Virus record (IMG/VR): IMGVR_UViG_3300033978_000457
Coordinates: 1-64,000 of that record
Source of the DNA: a virus
Length of the DNA: 64,000 nucleotides
Direction: 5' to 3' (one strand)
Part shown: positions 56,063-64,000 of the stretch, in pieces
Position numbering within the stretch: the first letter of the stretch is position 1
Layout: every line of letters starts with the position of its first letter
Program-made: the position numbers and the translations under genes
Notes under the pieces: generated by a model
Seen by the model: the letters and a program-made list of their open reading frames with translations, nothing else
Databases searched by the model: none
What the model was told of the DNA's origin: nothing

Positions 56063-56188
56063 TTACGTTACCGCCTGATACACGAAAATCCAGAAAGCTA
56101 TTGTAAACAGGAGAGTAAAAATTGCTCCCCAGTTTACCCGTTTGATTGCCTTTACAATTTGAATACAAATTTCTAGTAAAAGTATCAT
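56063..56188 (-). CDS. Small membrane peptide (41 aa)
   Basis: MILLLEICIQIVKAIKRVNWGAIFTLLFTIAFWIFVYQAVT; weak RBS. Confidence 0.4.
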   Translation of the reverse strand: MILLLEICIQIVKAIKRVNWGAIFTLLFTIAFWIFVYQAVT

Positions 56189-56204
56189 TTTTATGCCTAT
56201 TGTT

Positions 56205-56297
56205 TGGTACTTCCGGCGGGAGTCGAACCCGCATTTTGCGGCTATCTACCGCTAAACACTTTATAAGGGTGGTAGTTTACCATTAACCTACGGAAGC
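56205..56297 (-). tRNA. tRNA with UAU anticodon (Ile by anticodon) and long variable arm
   Basis: Acceptor GCTTCCG/CGGAAGT-A-CCA; D arm GGTT/AACT; loop CT-TAT-AA; V arm GCGG-TAGATAG-CCGC; T arm GCGGG-TTCGACT-CCCGC. Confidence 0.8.
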
Positions 56298-56316
56298 ATA
56301 GTATTACTATCTCAAA

Positions 56317-56357
56317 AGTATATTATAATTTGAGACTTATGTCAAGAACTATTTTTA
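56317..56357 (-). promoter_or_regulatory. Sigma70-type promoter for the tRNA operon
   Basis: AAAAATAGTTC-TTGACA, 17 bp, TATACT, 19 nt upstream of the tRNA. Confidence 0.8.
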
Positions 56358-56369
56358 AGAACTACTTTA

Positions 56370-57611
56370 TTAAAAAGAGTGCCAATTTTCAAACCCTTTA
56401 ATATAGAGCTTTTTAAATTTATCTATATCATAGAAGTATTCTTTACCAGTTTTTGGCTCACTAGACAAGTCCATATTATTAATTGAGAATGGAACGCTAG
56501 CATGAACATACCAATCCTCATAGCTTTTATCTTCATAGAATGATATATCAGAGACGACTAGTTTATAGTTCTTAGATTTTAAATATTCTCTAGACTTCTC
56601 ACGTATTTCTTGATTTTCATAATGATTGTGCTCAAAAGTAATAGCTTTAAATTTATATTGATCAAATGGAATTTTTAATAGAACATCCATAGAGAGACTC
56701 TGCGGAGGGTCTATATCTATTTGTAGGTAATCTATCACTTTTGGCGCATTTTGCTCAGAAAGTAATTGAACATAGTCTATTTTAAGAGCATCTGTTTGTA
56801 GACACAAATTATCTCTTAAAGCTCTAAATCTTTGTGTTGGACTAAATGCTAAATCTATAGAGATGCCCTTCCAATCAAACTCTCTCTCTAATAAACAAGT
56901 ATTGCTGTGCAGCTCTGGGTCACCACTACCTATTTCTAAATAAAACCCATCTTTTTTTCCTTTAGCTACTAGAAGTGCAAATAAATCTTGGTGAGATTGA
57001 GCATAGCTTTTTTGTATATTTTCCGCGCCCTCAAAAGTTCTTTTTAGTGCAGAAGCTACTAAAGGGCTGTGCCTTGTATAAGCATTAGGGTTACCTACCT
57101 GAAGAACATTATATTTTATGAGGTTTTTGTAGAAAGGAGAAAATTTATCACTATGTACATCCAAACAATGAATTATTTCTCTAGACTCGTCTGTATTGCC
57201 TATCCACCAAGCAGATACTGCTTTTTCAAAAAATAGTCTATAATCTTTCTGCTCACATTTATCAAAACCTACAGAAGCAACCATGTAACAGTCGTGCCAT
57301 CTTTGCTTTTGTTCGTAAAATTGAGATAGAATAAAATAAGGTTCTGGGTTGTTGGGGTCTAGAGCTACTGCTCGTTTTAATAGGCCTTCTACTGTGCCCT
57401 CTCTACCGCCCGCTGCCATAAAGTTTCTAGCTGCCCCGCTTATAGCTGTATATACTTTTTTACGGTCATTGCCCGCAATATCTGCTGCTTTTAGATAGTG
57501 CGTTACTGCAGAGGCTAGCTGCCCTATTTTTTCATAATAGTTGGCTAAATTTATGTTTGCCTCAAAACTGTATGGGCTACGTATGTATGTATTAATTAAA
57601 TCTTGGGTCAT
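56370..57611 (-). CDS. TPR + FkbM-like methyltransferase domain protein
   Basis: N-terminal TPR-like helices (AVALDPNNPEPYFILSQFY); YAQSHQD...GFYLEIGSG...SNT..LE...WKGISID...IDYLQIDID...ITFEH. Confidence 0.75.
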   Translation of the reverse strand: MTQDLINTYIRSPYSFEANINLANYYEKIGQLASAVTHYLKAADIAGNDRKKVYTAISGAARNFMAAGGREGTVEGLLKRAVALDPNNPEPYFILSQFYEQKQRWHDCYMVASVGFDKCEQKDYRLFFEKAVSAWWIGNTDESREIIHCLDVHSDKFSPFYKNLIKYNVLQVGNPNAYTRHSPLVASALKRTFEGAENIQKSYAQSHQDLFALLVAKGKKDGFYLEIGSGDPELHSNTCLLEREFDWKGISIDLAFSPTQRFRALRDNLCLQTDALKIDYVQLLSEQNAPKVIDYLQIDIDPPQSLSMDVLLKIPFDQYKFKAITFEHNHYENQEIREKSREYLKSKNYKLVVSDISFYEDKSYEDWYVHASVPFSINNMDLSSEPKTGKEYFYDIDKFKKLYIKGFENWHSF

Positions 57612-58566
57612 ATAAACATTCCTCAGGCATTTTTAAAATGAAGGCACTATTGTCTTGGAATCCGAAACTTATTAGAACATTCCCGTTTTTAAAAGCTAAT
57701 CCACAGCAAAATTCTATTTCACAATCCATAAAAGAAAAGCATTTCTTTGATACGCTAACTACTTTTAAATCTTTGTCGTAAAAAACTATTCTATGTCTAT
57801 ACTTAGCGTTTTTGCTGCCAAGCTCACTATTAAATAGGTATACTTCGTGAGTTATACTTACATATCCGTCTCTAAACGGTACTACATGGGAGCTTCCTCT
57901 TAAATCAGCACATGTTTCTATATTGCTATGGTGTATAGCTACTTGTTTAGTTATGCCATCTTTATACTCTACTATTTCAGTAGGACTATGCCATTTTACA
58001 TAAGTTATTTCTGGCTTACCTAAAACTACTGCCCAGTTCTTTTCACAGTAAGATTCTACTAGCCCAGGTGTAGGTATTCTTTGTCTAGATACTTCCTTAC
58101 ATACTCCATCGATATACTCTAACTCTGAGAGTTCCATACGACCTTCACCGTTAGTTGTAGTATCCCTTCTAACGCCAGTTATATAAAATTTACCCTCGTG
58201 TTTAAACAACCTACCATCCTCTAGGCCAACGAACTCCCATATAGGGTCCTTGTCAAGGGCGCTAGTATCTATTTTAGAATAATTTAAAATATTTAGATCA
58301 TCGTCTAACTCTGCAAAATAATTGAAGGTTCTTAAGTACGGGTCTGCTTCTGGGTGTAAATACTGTAACGGGCCATATAAATGGTAAAATTTTTGACTTT
58401 CGCTATGATATAGAATATAATTCAATACTCTAATGTTGACGTAAGTTTTATCCCCATCAACGAACACAGAGGGGTTCATAATACCCATCCCATTAGTTTC
58501 TTGGCTGGGCAGAATTAATTGCTTTACCGTTCCCCCATTGTCTAGGGCTAACTGTGCTAAGTTCAT
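57592..58566 (-). CDS. Beta-propeller glycoside hydrolase/phosphorylase-like protein (GH130/GH43-like)
   Basis: NPSV, GLEDGRLF, EKNW, LRGSS, YRHR, IEFCCGL, ISFGFQD. Confidence 0.65.
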   Translation of the reverse strand: MNLAQLALDNGGTVKQLILPSQETNGMGIMNPSVFVDGDKTYVNIRVLNYILYHSESQKFYHLYGPLQYLHPEADPYLRTFNYFAELDDDLNILNYSKIDTSALDKDPIWEFVGLEDGRLFKHEGKFYITGVRRDTTTNGEGRMELSELEYIDGVCKEVSRQRIPTPGLVESYCEKNWAVVLGKPEITYVKWHSPTEIVEYKDGITKQVAIHHSNIETCADLRGSSHVVPFRDGYVSITHEVYLFNSELGSKNAKYRHRIVFYDKDLKVVSVSKKCFSFMDCEIEFCCGLAFKNGNVLISFGFQDNSAFILKMPEECLYDPRFN

Positions 58567-59300
58567 ATTGAAATCCTTTGTAAATCTATATTATTATTTT
58601 TCCACCAATTTAGTATAAACTCATGTGAGTCATGGTGTAGTGGGCCTTGTCCGTCATACATTACTAATTCTGTGCCTTTATATGTAGACTTGCAATTAAC
58701 TGTGTCTTCAACAAATAGTGGAAATATGTAAACATTACTATTACTTGGGTCAAGTATAACATTTTCTACTATAGGCAGAAATGATGTTTTTAAGTCTACA
58801 CAGAAATTATTAGGGGCTATTACATGCTGATCTATTACTTTCTTTGCGTAAGAACGCTTTACTATAAAAGCTGCAATACACCAATCATTCCAATTTCTAC
58901 TTCTTATCTTTGTAGGAGTTTCTAGCCCCTCTCCGACATTTACTAATTGTATTGCTTCCCAGTTCGTTGGTAATATACTAATAAACTCTTTTAAAGTAAA
59001 TTTCCAATAATCTAAAGTTTCAAAAGAAACATCGTCCTCCATTATTATACAGAAGTCGTCTTGGCAAGTATTATACCAATCGTATAAATTATAAAGGTGA
59101 GACGCTATAGGCCCATAGCTATTGCTATGTAGCGCCTGTAACGTCTCACCCTTTAAGCTAAAATCACTTGTCTCAAATCTTTCACAAATAATGAATTTAT
59201 AGTTATTAGTATATTTATTAATTTGTCTTACAAAATTATCGCGTCTGTCAGCAGACTCTCTTAGAGTTATAACTCTTATTGTAGGCAGATTATCTAACAA
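58563..59300 (-). CDS. Glycosyltransferase family 25-like
   Basis: VITLRESADRR, GPIASHL, IIMEDD, LPTNWEAIQL, AAFIVKRSYAKK; TTG start after AAGGA. Confidence 0.8.
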   Translation of the reverse strand: MLDNLPTIRVITLRESADRRDNFVRQINKYTNNYKFIICERFETSDFSLKGETLQALHSNSYGPIASHLYNLYDWYNTCQDDFCIIMEDDVSFETLDYWKFTLKEFISILPTNWEAIQLVNVGEGLETPTKIRSRNWNDWCIAAFIVKRSYAKKVIDQHVIAPNNFCVDLKTSFLPIVENVILDPSNSNVYIFPLFVEDTVNCKSTYKGTELVMYDGQGPLHHDSHEFILNWWKNNNIDLQRISI

Positions 59301-59314
59301 GTTATCCTTTGATT

Positions 59315-61471
59315 TTATGGTTTTTCTACTGCTTTTGCTGCTTCGGCTGCTGCAACTGCTGCTGCTTCTGCAGCTACTCTTGCTGCTTCTTCGGCTGCTG
59401 CAACTGCTGCTGCTTCTGCTTCTGCAGCTACTCGTGCTGCTTCTTCAGCTGCTGCAACTGCTGCTGCTTCTTCTGCCGCTTTTGCTGCTAAAGCTGCTTC
59501 TGCAGCTGCTACTTGTTCAGCTAGTGCTACTTCTGCGGCTATTCTAGCTGCTTCGGCCGCTTCTACTGCTGCTGCTTGTTCTGCTGCAATTCTTGCTTCT
59601 TCAGCTGCTCGTGCTGCTTCTTCGGCTGCTATTCTTGCTGCCTCGGCGGCTGCTACCTCTTCAGCGGCTACTCGTGCGGCTTCAGCTTCTGCTGCTAATC
59701 GTGCTGCTTCTTCGGCTGCTGTTGCCTCTTCAGCGGCTACTCGTGCTGCTTCAGCTTCTACCGCTAATCGTGCTGCTTCTTCGGCTGCTGTTGCCTCTTC
59801 AGCGGCTACTCGTGCTGCTTCAGCTTCTGCCGCTAATCGTGCTGCTTCTTCAGCTGCTATTCGTGCTGCCTCGGCTGCTGCTGCCTCTTCGGCGACTACT
59901 CGCGCTGCTTCGGCTTCTGCTGCTAATCGTGCTGCTTCTGCTAATGCTGCTTCTTCGGCTGCTATTCTTGCTGCCTCGGCGGCTGCTACCTCTTCAGCGG
60001 CTACTCGTGCGGCTTCAGCTTCTGCTGCTAATCGTGCTGCTTCGGCTTCTGCTGCTAATCGTGCTACCTCTTCAGCGGCTACTCGTGCGGCTTCAGCTTC
60101 TGCTGCTAATCGTGCTGCTTCGGCTTCTGCTGCTAATCGTGCTACTTCTTCGGCTGCTGCTTCTTCGGCTGTTATTCTTGCTGCCTCGGCGGCTGCTACC
60201 TCTTCAGCGGCTACTCGTGCGGCTTCAGCTTCTGCTGCTAATCGTGCTGCTTCGGCTTCTGCTGCTAATCGTGCTACTTCTTCGGCTGCTGCTGCTGCCT
60301 CTTCAGCGGCTACTCGTGCTGCTTCAGCTTCTGCTGCTAATCGTGCTGCTTCTGCTAATGCTGCTTCTTCGGCTGCTATTCTTGCTGCCTCGGCGGCTGC
60401 TACCTCTTCAGCGGCTACTCGTGCGGCTTCAGCTTCTGCTGCTAATCGTGCTGCTTCTTCGGCTGCTGCTGCCTCTTCGGCGGCTACTCGCGCTGCTTCG
60501 GCTTCTGCTGCTAATCGTGCTGCTTCTTCGGCTGCTATTCGTGCTGCCTCAACTGCTGCTGCTTCTTCGGCGGCTACTCGCGCTGCTTCTATAGCTACTC
60601 TTGCTGCCTCAACTGCTGCTGCTTCTTCAGCTGCTACACGAGCTGCTTCAACCGCCTCTAGTCGTGCTGCTTCTTCTGCTGCTATACGAGTTACTTCAGC
60701 AGCTGCTGCTTCTTCTGCTGCTACACGAGCTGCTTCAATTGCTGCTGCTACACGAGCTGCTTCAGCTGCTGCTGCTTCAGCTGCTGCACGTTCTTCAGCT
60801 TCTTTAGCAGCTTTCTTTTGTTGTTTTCGAGTTTCTGATTCTTCTACGTTTGCAGACTCAGCAACTTTTTTAGCTTCTTGAATAAGTTTTGTAGCAAAAG
60901 TTGATGCTTTTAAATCTGCCTCTTTTTTAAGAAAATCAGCTGCTTTTGCAACTAAATCAGCAGCTTCTTGTTTCCGCTCATTTATCTTAGCTAATAGGCC
61001 GCTAACCATCTTTTCTAGGTCGCGTACTTCTTCTAGTACTTCATTTGCTTTTAGAGTAGCTTTAGCTGCTTTATGAGTAACTTCTTCAATTTGTTTTTCC
61101 TTTTTATTTTCTTTGCTAAAATCTTCTTCTTCCATTTTTTTAGTTGGAGTATTGATGAACATATCTAATAAATTAAAAGGTTTTAAAATACCTTTACCGT
61201 CTAAGTATTGAACTGGCACAGTTAAAAATCCATTTGAATTTTGTACAGGAGCAGTTACTATGAACGCGGCATAAGCTTTTTTATTATCTGACTGAAATAA
61301 AATTGTATCTCCAACAAAAATATCTTCTTCGCTTAAAGAATTAAAGTCCTCATCTTTATGGTCTAAAAAAATAAAATTAGCTTCTTTTATTTCTGTTGCA
61401 TTTAGTCTAAAGGACCCAAGTCCTGGGTCTCCTGGGTTTATGTAGTCACTATATCTAAATAATCTTTTCAT
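59315..61471 (-). CDS. Protein with globular N-terminal domain and ~500-aa Ala/Glu/Arg helical repeat stalk
   Basis: N-terminal DPGLGSFRLN; AEAEAARLA/AEEAARVA repeats to the C-terminus. Confidence 0.8.
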   Translation of the reverse strand: MKRLFRYSDYINPGDPGLGSFRLNATEIKEANFIFLDHKDEDFNSLSEEDIFVGDTILFQSDNKKAYAAFIVTAPVQNSNGFLTVPVQYLDGKGILKPFNLLDMFINTPTKKMEEEDFSKENKKEKQIEEVTHKAAKATLKANEVLEEVRDLEKMVSGLLAKINERKQEAADLVAKAADFLKKEADLKASTFATKLIQEAKKVAESANVEESETRKQQKKAAKEAEERAAAEAAAAEAARVAAAIEAARVAAEEAAAAEVTRIAAEEAARLEAVEAARVAAEEAAAVEAARVAIEAARVAAEEAAAVEAARIAAEEAARLAAEAEAARVAAEEAAAAEEAARLAAEAEAARVAAEEVAAAEAARIAAEEAALAEAARLAAEAEAARVAAEEAAAAAEEVARLAAEAEAARLAAEAEAARVAAEEVAAAEAARITAEEAAAEEVARLAAEAEAARLAAEAEAARVAAEEVARLAAEAEAARLAAEAEAARVAAEEVAAAEAARIAAEEAALAEAARLAAEAEAARVVAEEAAAAEAARIAAEEAARLAAEAEAARVAAEEATAAEEAARLAVEAEAARVAAEEATAAEEAARLAAEAEAARVAAEEVAAAEAARIAAEEAARAAEEARIAAEQAAAVEAAEAARIAAEVALAEQVAAAEAALAAKAAEEAAAVAAAEEAARVAAEAEAAAVAAAEEAARVAAEAAAVAAAEAAKAVEKP
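59330..60800 (-). repeat. Degenerate tandem repeats encoding AEAARLAAE-type units
   Basis: Recurring GCTGCTAATCGTGCT and TCAGCGGCTACTCGTGC blocks on the plus strand. Confidence 0.85.
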
Positions 61472-61503
61472 GTTTTTCCTATAGATAATAAATTATCTCT
61501 TTG

Positions 61504-61659
61504 TCATACTATTCTTGAAAAATAAGTTCCGTTTTGTCCTATTAGCATAAACGGTGGAGAAGTGCCGCCACCACTTACAGGTAACTTACTAAATGGTAGT
61601 AAACCAGAAGGTAGTCTAGGAGGTAAGAAAAATCTAGGACGAAATACTCCGTTGCTCAT
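61504..61659 (-). CDS. Small Pro-rich hypothetical protein (51 aa)
   Basis: MSNGVFRPRFFLPPRLPSGLLP...; fills gap; read manually. Confidence 0.5.
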   Translation of the reverse strand: MSNGVFRPRFFLPPRLPSGLLPFSKLPVSGGGTSPPFMLIGQNGTYFSRIV

Positions 61660-61679
61660 CGTATTCTACCCTTCTTTAT

Positions 61680-62150
61680 TTACGAAACTTCTTCGAACCA
61701 AATAGTTCCGCTTACGGTAATACTGTCTGCTGGTGTAGTTTCAAGTTCCAGTGTCCAGCGATCTCCAGCTTTTATATATGGGCGCGTTTCGGGCGTATAT
61801 ATCATCATATACGGAACACGAACGTTCCAAACATGGTCTTCTAATTCTGTAATAGTACCAGCCGTCATTTTAGTTGTGTTATTTACTTCGATAGTAGCAC
61901 CACATGCTGTGTCGTCTACACCTAGAGGGGCAGCAGTAGGCACAGTGCCACCGCTACCTGTAGTGGATCCAACACCTCGGTTACAGGTAAGGACAAGGCC
62001 TTCTTCCTGTGCATCCCCTACTTCCGTTGATTGGGAAATAGACCAAGCATGTACTTTTATTGGTTTATTTGTTCCCGCTAAGACTTCAAAGAAATCTTGC
62101 TGAGCGGTAACTGCTATTGATTTAAAAACTGCAGTATACATTCTTCCCAT
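61680..62150 (-). CDS. Putative virion beta-sandwich protein
   Basis: Thr/Gly/Val-rich beta pattern ending GTIWFEE; in operon with collagen gene. Confidence 0.5.
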   Translation of the reverse strand: MGRMYTAVFKSIAVTAQQDFFEVLAGTNKPIKVHAWSISQSTEVGDAQEEGLVLTCNRGVGSTTGSGGTVPTAAPLGVDDTACGATIEVNNTTKMTAGTITELEDHVWNVRVPYMMIYTPETRPYIKAGDRWTLELETTPADSITVSGTIWFEEVS

Positions 62151-62154
62151 ATTT

Positions 62155-62910
62155 TTACCTCATTAGTAAATGTTGAAATACATTATTAATTCTTGCCTCA
62201 ATTGGCAGCCCAAATTTTTCTTGCCCAGTGTCTCTCAGGACACAGACTACAGATGCCCAACTCTCATTACCCGCATTTTGCCCAGTGGTTGACGCAGCTA
62301 TATCAACAGCTCCAGAAGTCCAATTTACGCTCATTAAACCTACACGAGAATCAGCCGTCTCTACAATACTTGACTGAATAAAATTATTTACAGATGCAAT
62401 GGTCCAAGCAGTTGTCAAACTATTTCCTGCGGCGCCTCCAGCAGCAACAACAACAGCTCCAGTTGTTGTTGGTGTTATACTAGGAGGATTTACTCTAGAA
62501 GAGCCTGCCCCTGCAGAACCTGCAGTAGCCGTTCCATTAAATGGTTGAGTTAAACTAATTCCTCGCCAAACATGAATAGCATAGGCTCCCCCATCTTCAA
62601 TATTTCCAGTTGGTCCTATTAATACTTGTGTATCAGGCGTTGCAGGCATAAATTTGTAATATAAACTTAACCTTGTATTATTATTATCAGTGCCATTTGC
62701 GGTACCAATTAATATATATCCTGAAGTTGCAATGCTAGGCGTTGCAGGCGTACCTCCAGATGCATAGTTAATAGCAACAATAACTAAATCATTTGCAGAA
62801 ACTCCAGCATCGCTGCCCCCAGTTAGACCGGAGTTGAGGGCAACTGTTGTGTCTCCAGTAGTTGCCCCTAAGAACCCTGCGGTTTTGCCTCCTACGTATG
62901 AAATGGCCAT
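62155..62910 (-). CDS. Putative virion/fibre accessory protein
   Basis: MAISYVG...NDLVIVA...LSLYYKF...VWRGI; small-residue-rich. Confidence 0.55.
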   Translation of the reverse strand: MAISYVGGKTAGFLGATTGDTTVALNSGLTGGSDAGVSANDLVIVAINYASGGTPATPSIATSGYILIGTANGTDNNNTRLSLYYKFMPATPDTQVLIGPTGNIEDGGAYAIHVWRGISLTQPFNGTATAGSAGAGSSRVNPPSITPTTTGAVVVAAGGAAGNSLTTAWTIASVNNFIQSSIVETADSRVGLMSVNWTSGAVDIAASTTGQNAGNESWASVVCVLRDTGQEKFGLPIEARINNVFQHLLMR

Positions 62911-62913
62911 TTA

Positions 62914-63999
62914 TTACGTTCCAATCAGAGTTACTTTTAGCCCTTTTGCCGTGCCGTCACCAATTTGATCAACATCTATAGTAATTTCAGCATCGTCTGC
63001 TAATGATGTATCTGATATTACTGCTGCGGTAGCAGCAGTAGTTGAGGTTTTTTCTGTATTATCAATAGTTAGTTTAGTTGATAATATACTAGTGGCTTCT
63101 TCGTTGACATCTACTGTAAAAATATTACCAGATGTTTGGGCTACGTTTAAATTTCCTCTAATACTTGTAAGTGTCATTGCAAAAGGCATACGGAAAGTAA
63201 CTTTACTTGTACCTGCTGTAATTGCTGTAGTTTCATCACTAGCTGCAATTATGAGTATTTTAGAGTTTACAGGTCCTTGGGTGCCTTGCGCACCTGTAGT
63301 ACCTTGAATGCTTGCTCCTGTAGTACCTTGAATACCTTGAGTACCAATTATGCCTTGAATACCTTGACTACCAGCACCTGTAATGCCTTGAGTACCTTGC
63401 GCACCTGTAATACCCTGAATACCAGCACCTGCAGTGCCTTGAGTACCTTGAGTACCAGCACCTGCAATACCCTGAATACCTTGAGCACCTGCAGTGCCTT
63501 GAGTACCTTGACTACCAGCACCTGCAATACCCTGAATACCTTGAGTACCGGCACCTGTAATACCTTGAGTACCTTGAGTACCTTGAGTACCCGTGTTACC
63601 TGTTATACCTTGAGTACCTGTATTGCCTGTTGTACCCTGAGTACCTTGAGCACCAGTGTTACCTGTTGTACCCTGAGTACCAGTGTTACCAGTGTTACCT
63701 GTTGTACCCTGAGTACCTTGACGGCCTTGAATACCTTGAGCACCTTGGACACCTTGAGTACCCTGTGGACCTTGAGTGCCTTGTATACCTTGAGAACCAG
63801 TTATACCCTGAGTACCGGCACCTGTAATACCTTGAATACCTTGAGCACCCTGAGAACCAGTTATACCTTGAATACCTTGAGTACCAGCGCCTGTAGTGCC
63901 TTGAATACCTTGAGTACCTTGAATACCTGTAATACCTTGACTACCAGCACCTGTAATACCTTGGGTGCCTTGAGTACCAGCGCCCATAGTACCTTGCAT
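62914..63999 (-). CDS. Collagen-like fibre protein with C-terminal globular domain (probably 5'-partial)
   Basis: G-X-Q/G-X-T tract with GAG interruptions running to the window edge; C-terminal AASDETT...VTFRMPFA...ITIDVDQIG...GLKVTL. Confidence 0.85.
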   Translation of the reverse strand: MQGTMGAGTQGTQGITGAGSQGITGIQGTQGIQGTTGAGTQGIQGITGSQGAQGIQGITGAGTQGITGSQGIQGTQGPQGTQGVQGAQGIQGRQGTQGTTGNTGNTGTQGTTGNTGAQGTQGTTGNTGTQGITGNTGTQGTQGTQGITGAGTQGIQGIAGAGSQGTQGTAGAQGIQGIAGAGTQGTQGTAGAGIQGITGAQGTQGITGAGSQGIQGIIGTQGIQGTTGASIQGTTGAQGTQGPVNSKILIIAASDETTAITAGTSKVTFRMPFAMTLTSIRGNLNVAQTSGNIFTVDVNEEATSILSTKLTIDNTEKTSTTAATAAVISDTSLADDAEITIDVDQIGDGTAKGLKVTLIGT

Positions 64000-64000
64000 A

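Noticed and set aside
56034-56234. N-terminal extension of ORF 55767..56234
   Set aside because: Overlaps the tRNA; a better start with GGAG RBS lies at 56033
56258-56268. Reading the tRNA anticodon as UUA (ochre suppressor)
   Set aside because: That register loses U33 and purine 37; CU-UAU-AA is the canonical loop
59309-60807. Poly-Leu and poly-Cys ORFs on the plus strand
   Set aside because: Antisense shadows of the Ala/Glu repeat gene
1-64000. Stop-codon reassignment (CTAG and TAG are abundant)
   Set aside because: Coding density is near complete under the standard code, and TAG/TGA end conserved genes at expected positions (terL, oxygenase, nrdA)

Overview
Lytic dsDNA tailed-phage genome segment with T5-like (Demerecviridae-type) organisation and two convergent arms meeting at a bidirectional terminator near 34.7 kb. 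The plus strand (1-34.7 kb) is morphogenesis: a collagen-like fibre with S74 chaperone and a Gly-rich adhesin, TerL, HNH nicking nuclease, portal, an in-frame multi-domain protease-capsid ORF, neck, tail tube, chaperones and tape measure. A lambda-type M/L/K/I/J tail tip follows, and its J C-terminal part is a separate collagen-containing gene. The arm ends with a 2OG-Fe(II) oxygenase. The minus strand (34.7-56.3 kb) is the T5-like replication block (D5, DnaB, primase, Pol A, D10-D15, split NAD ligase) plus nrdAB, def, phoH, thyX and an atypical tRNA(UAU). From 56.4 to 64 kb lies an accessory cassette of collagen-like and other fibre-like proteins co-oriented with glycosyl- and methyltransferase genes. 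Best candidates for something new: (i) a phage-encoded collagen-fibre modification system (GT25, propeller, FkbM, possible prolyl hydroxylase); (ii) a capsid polyprotein with an internal RBS bracketed by RNA structures; (iii) a +1 UCU-UUU-CGU frameshift in the tail chaperones; (iv) a long-variable-arm tRNA(UAU); (v) a mobile ~45-aa module inserted in several tail proteins; (vi) inverted DNA homology between the two terminal collagen genes. All calls come from manual motif and synteny recognition; no database search or folding software was run.
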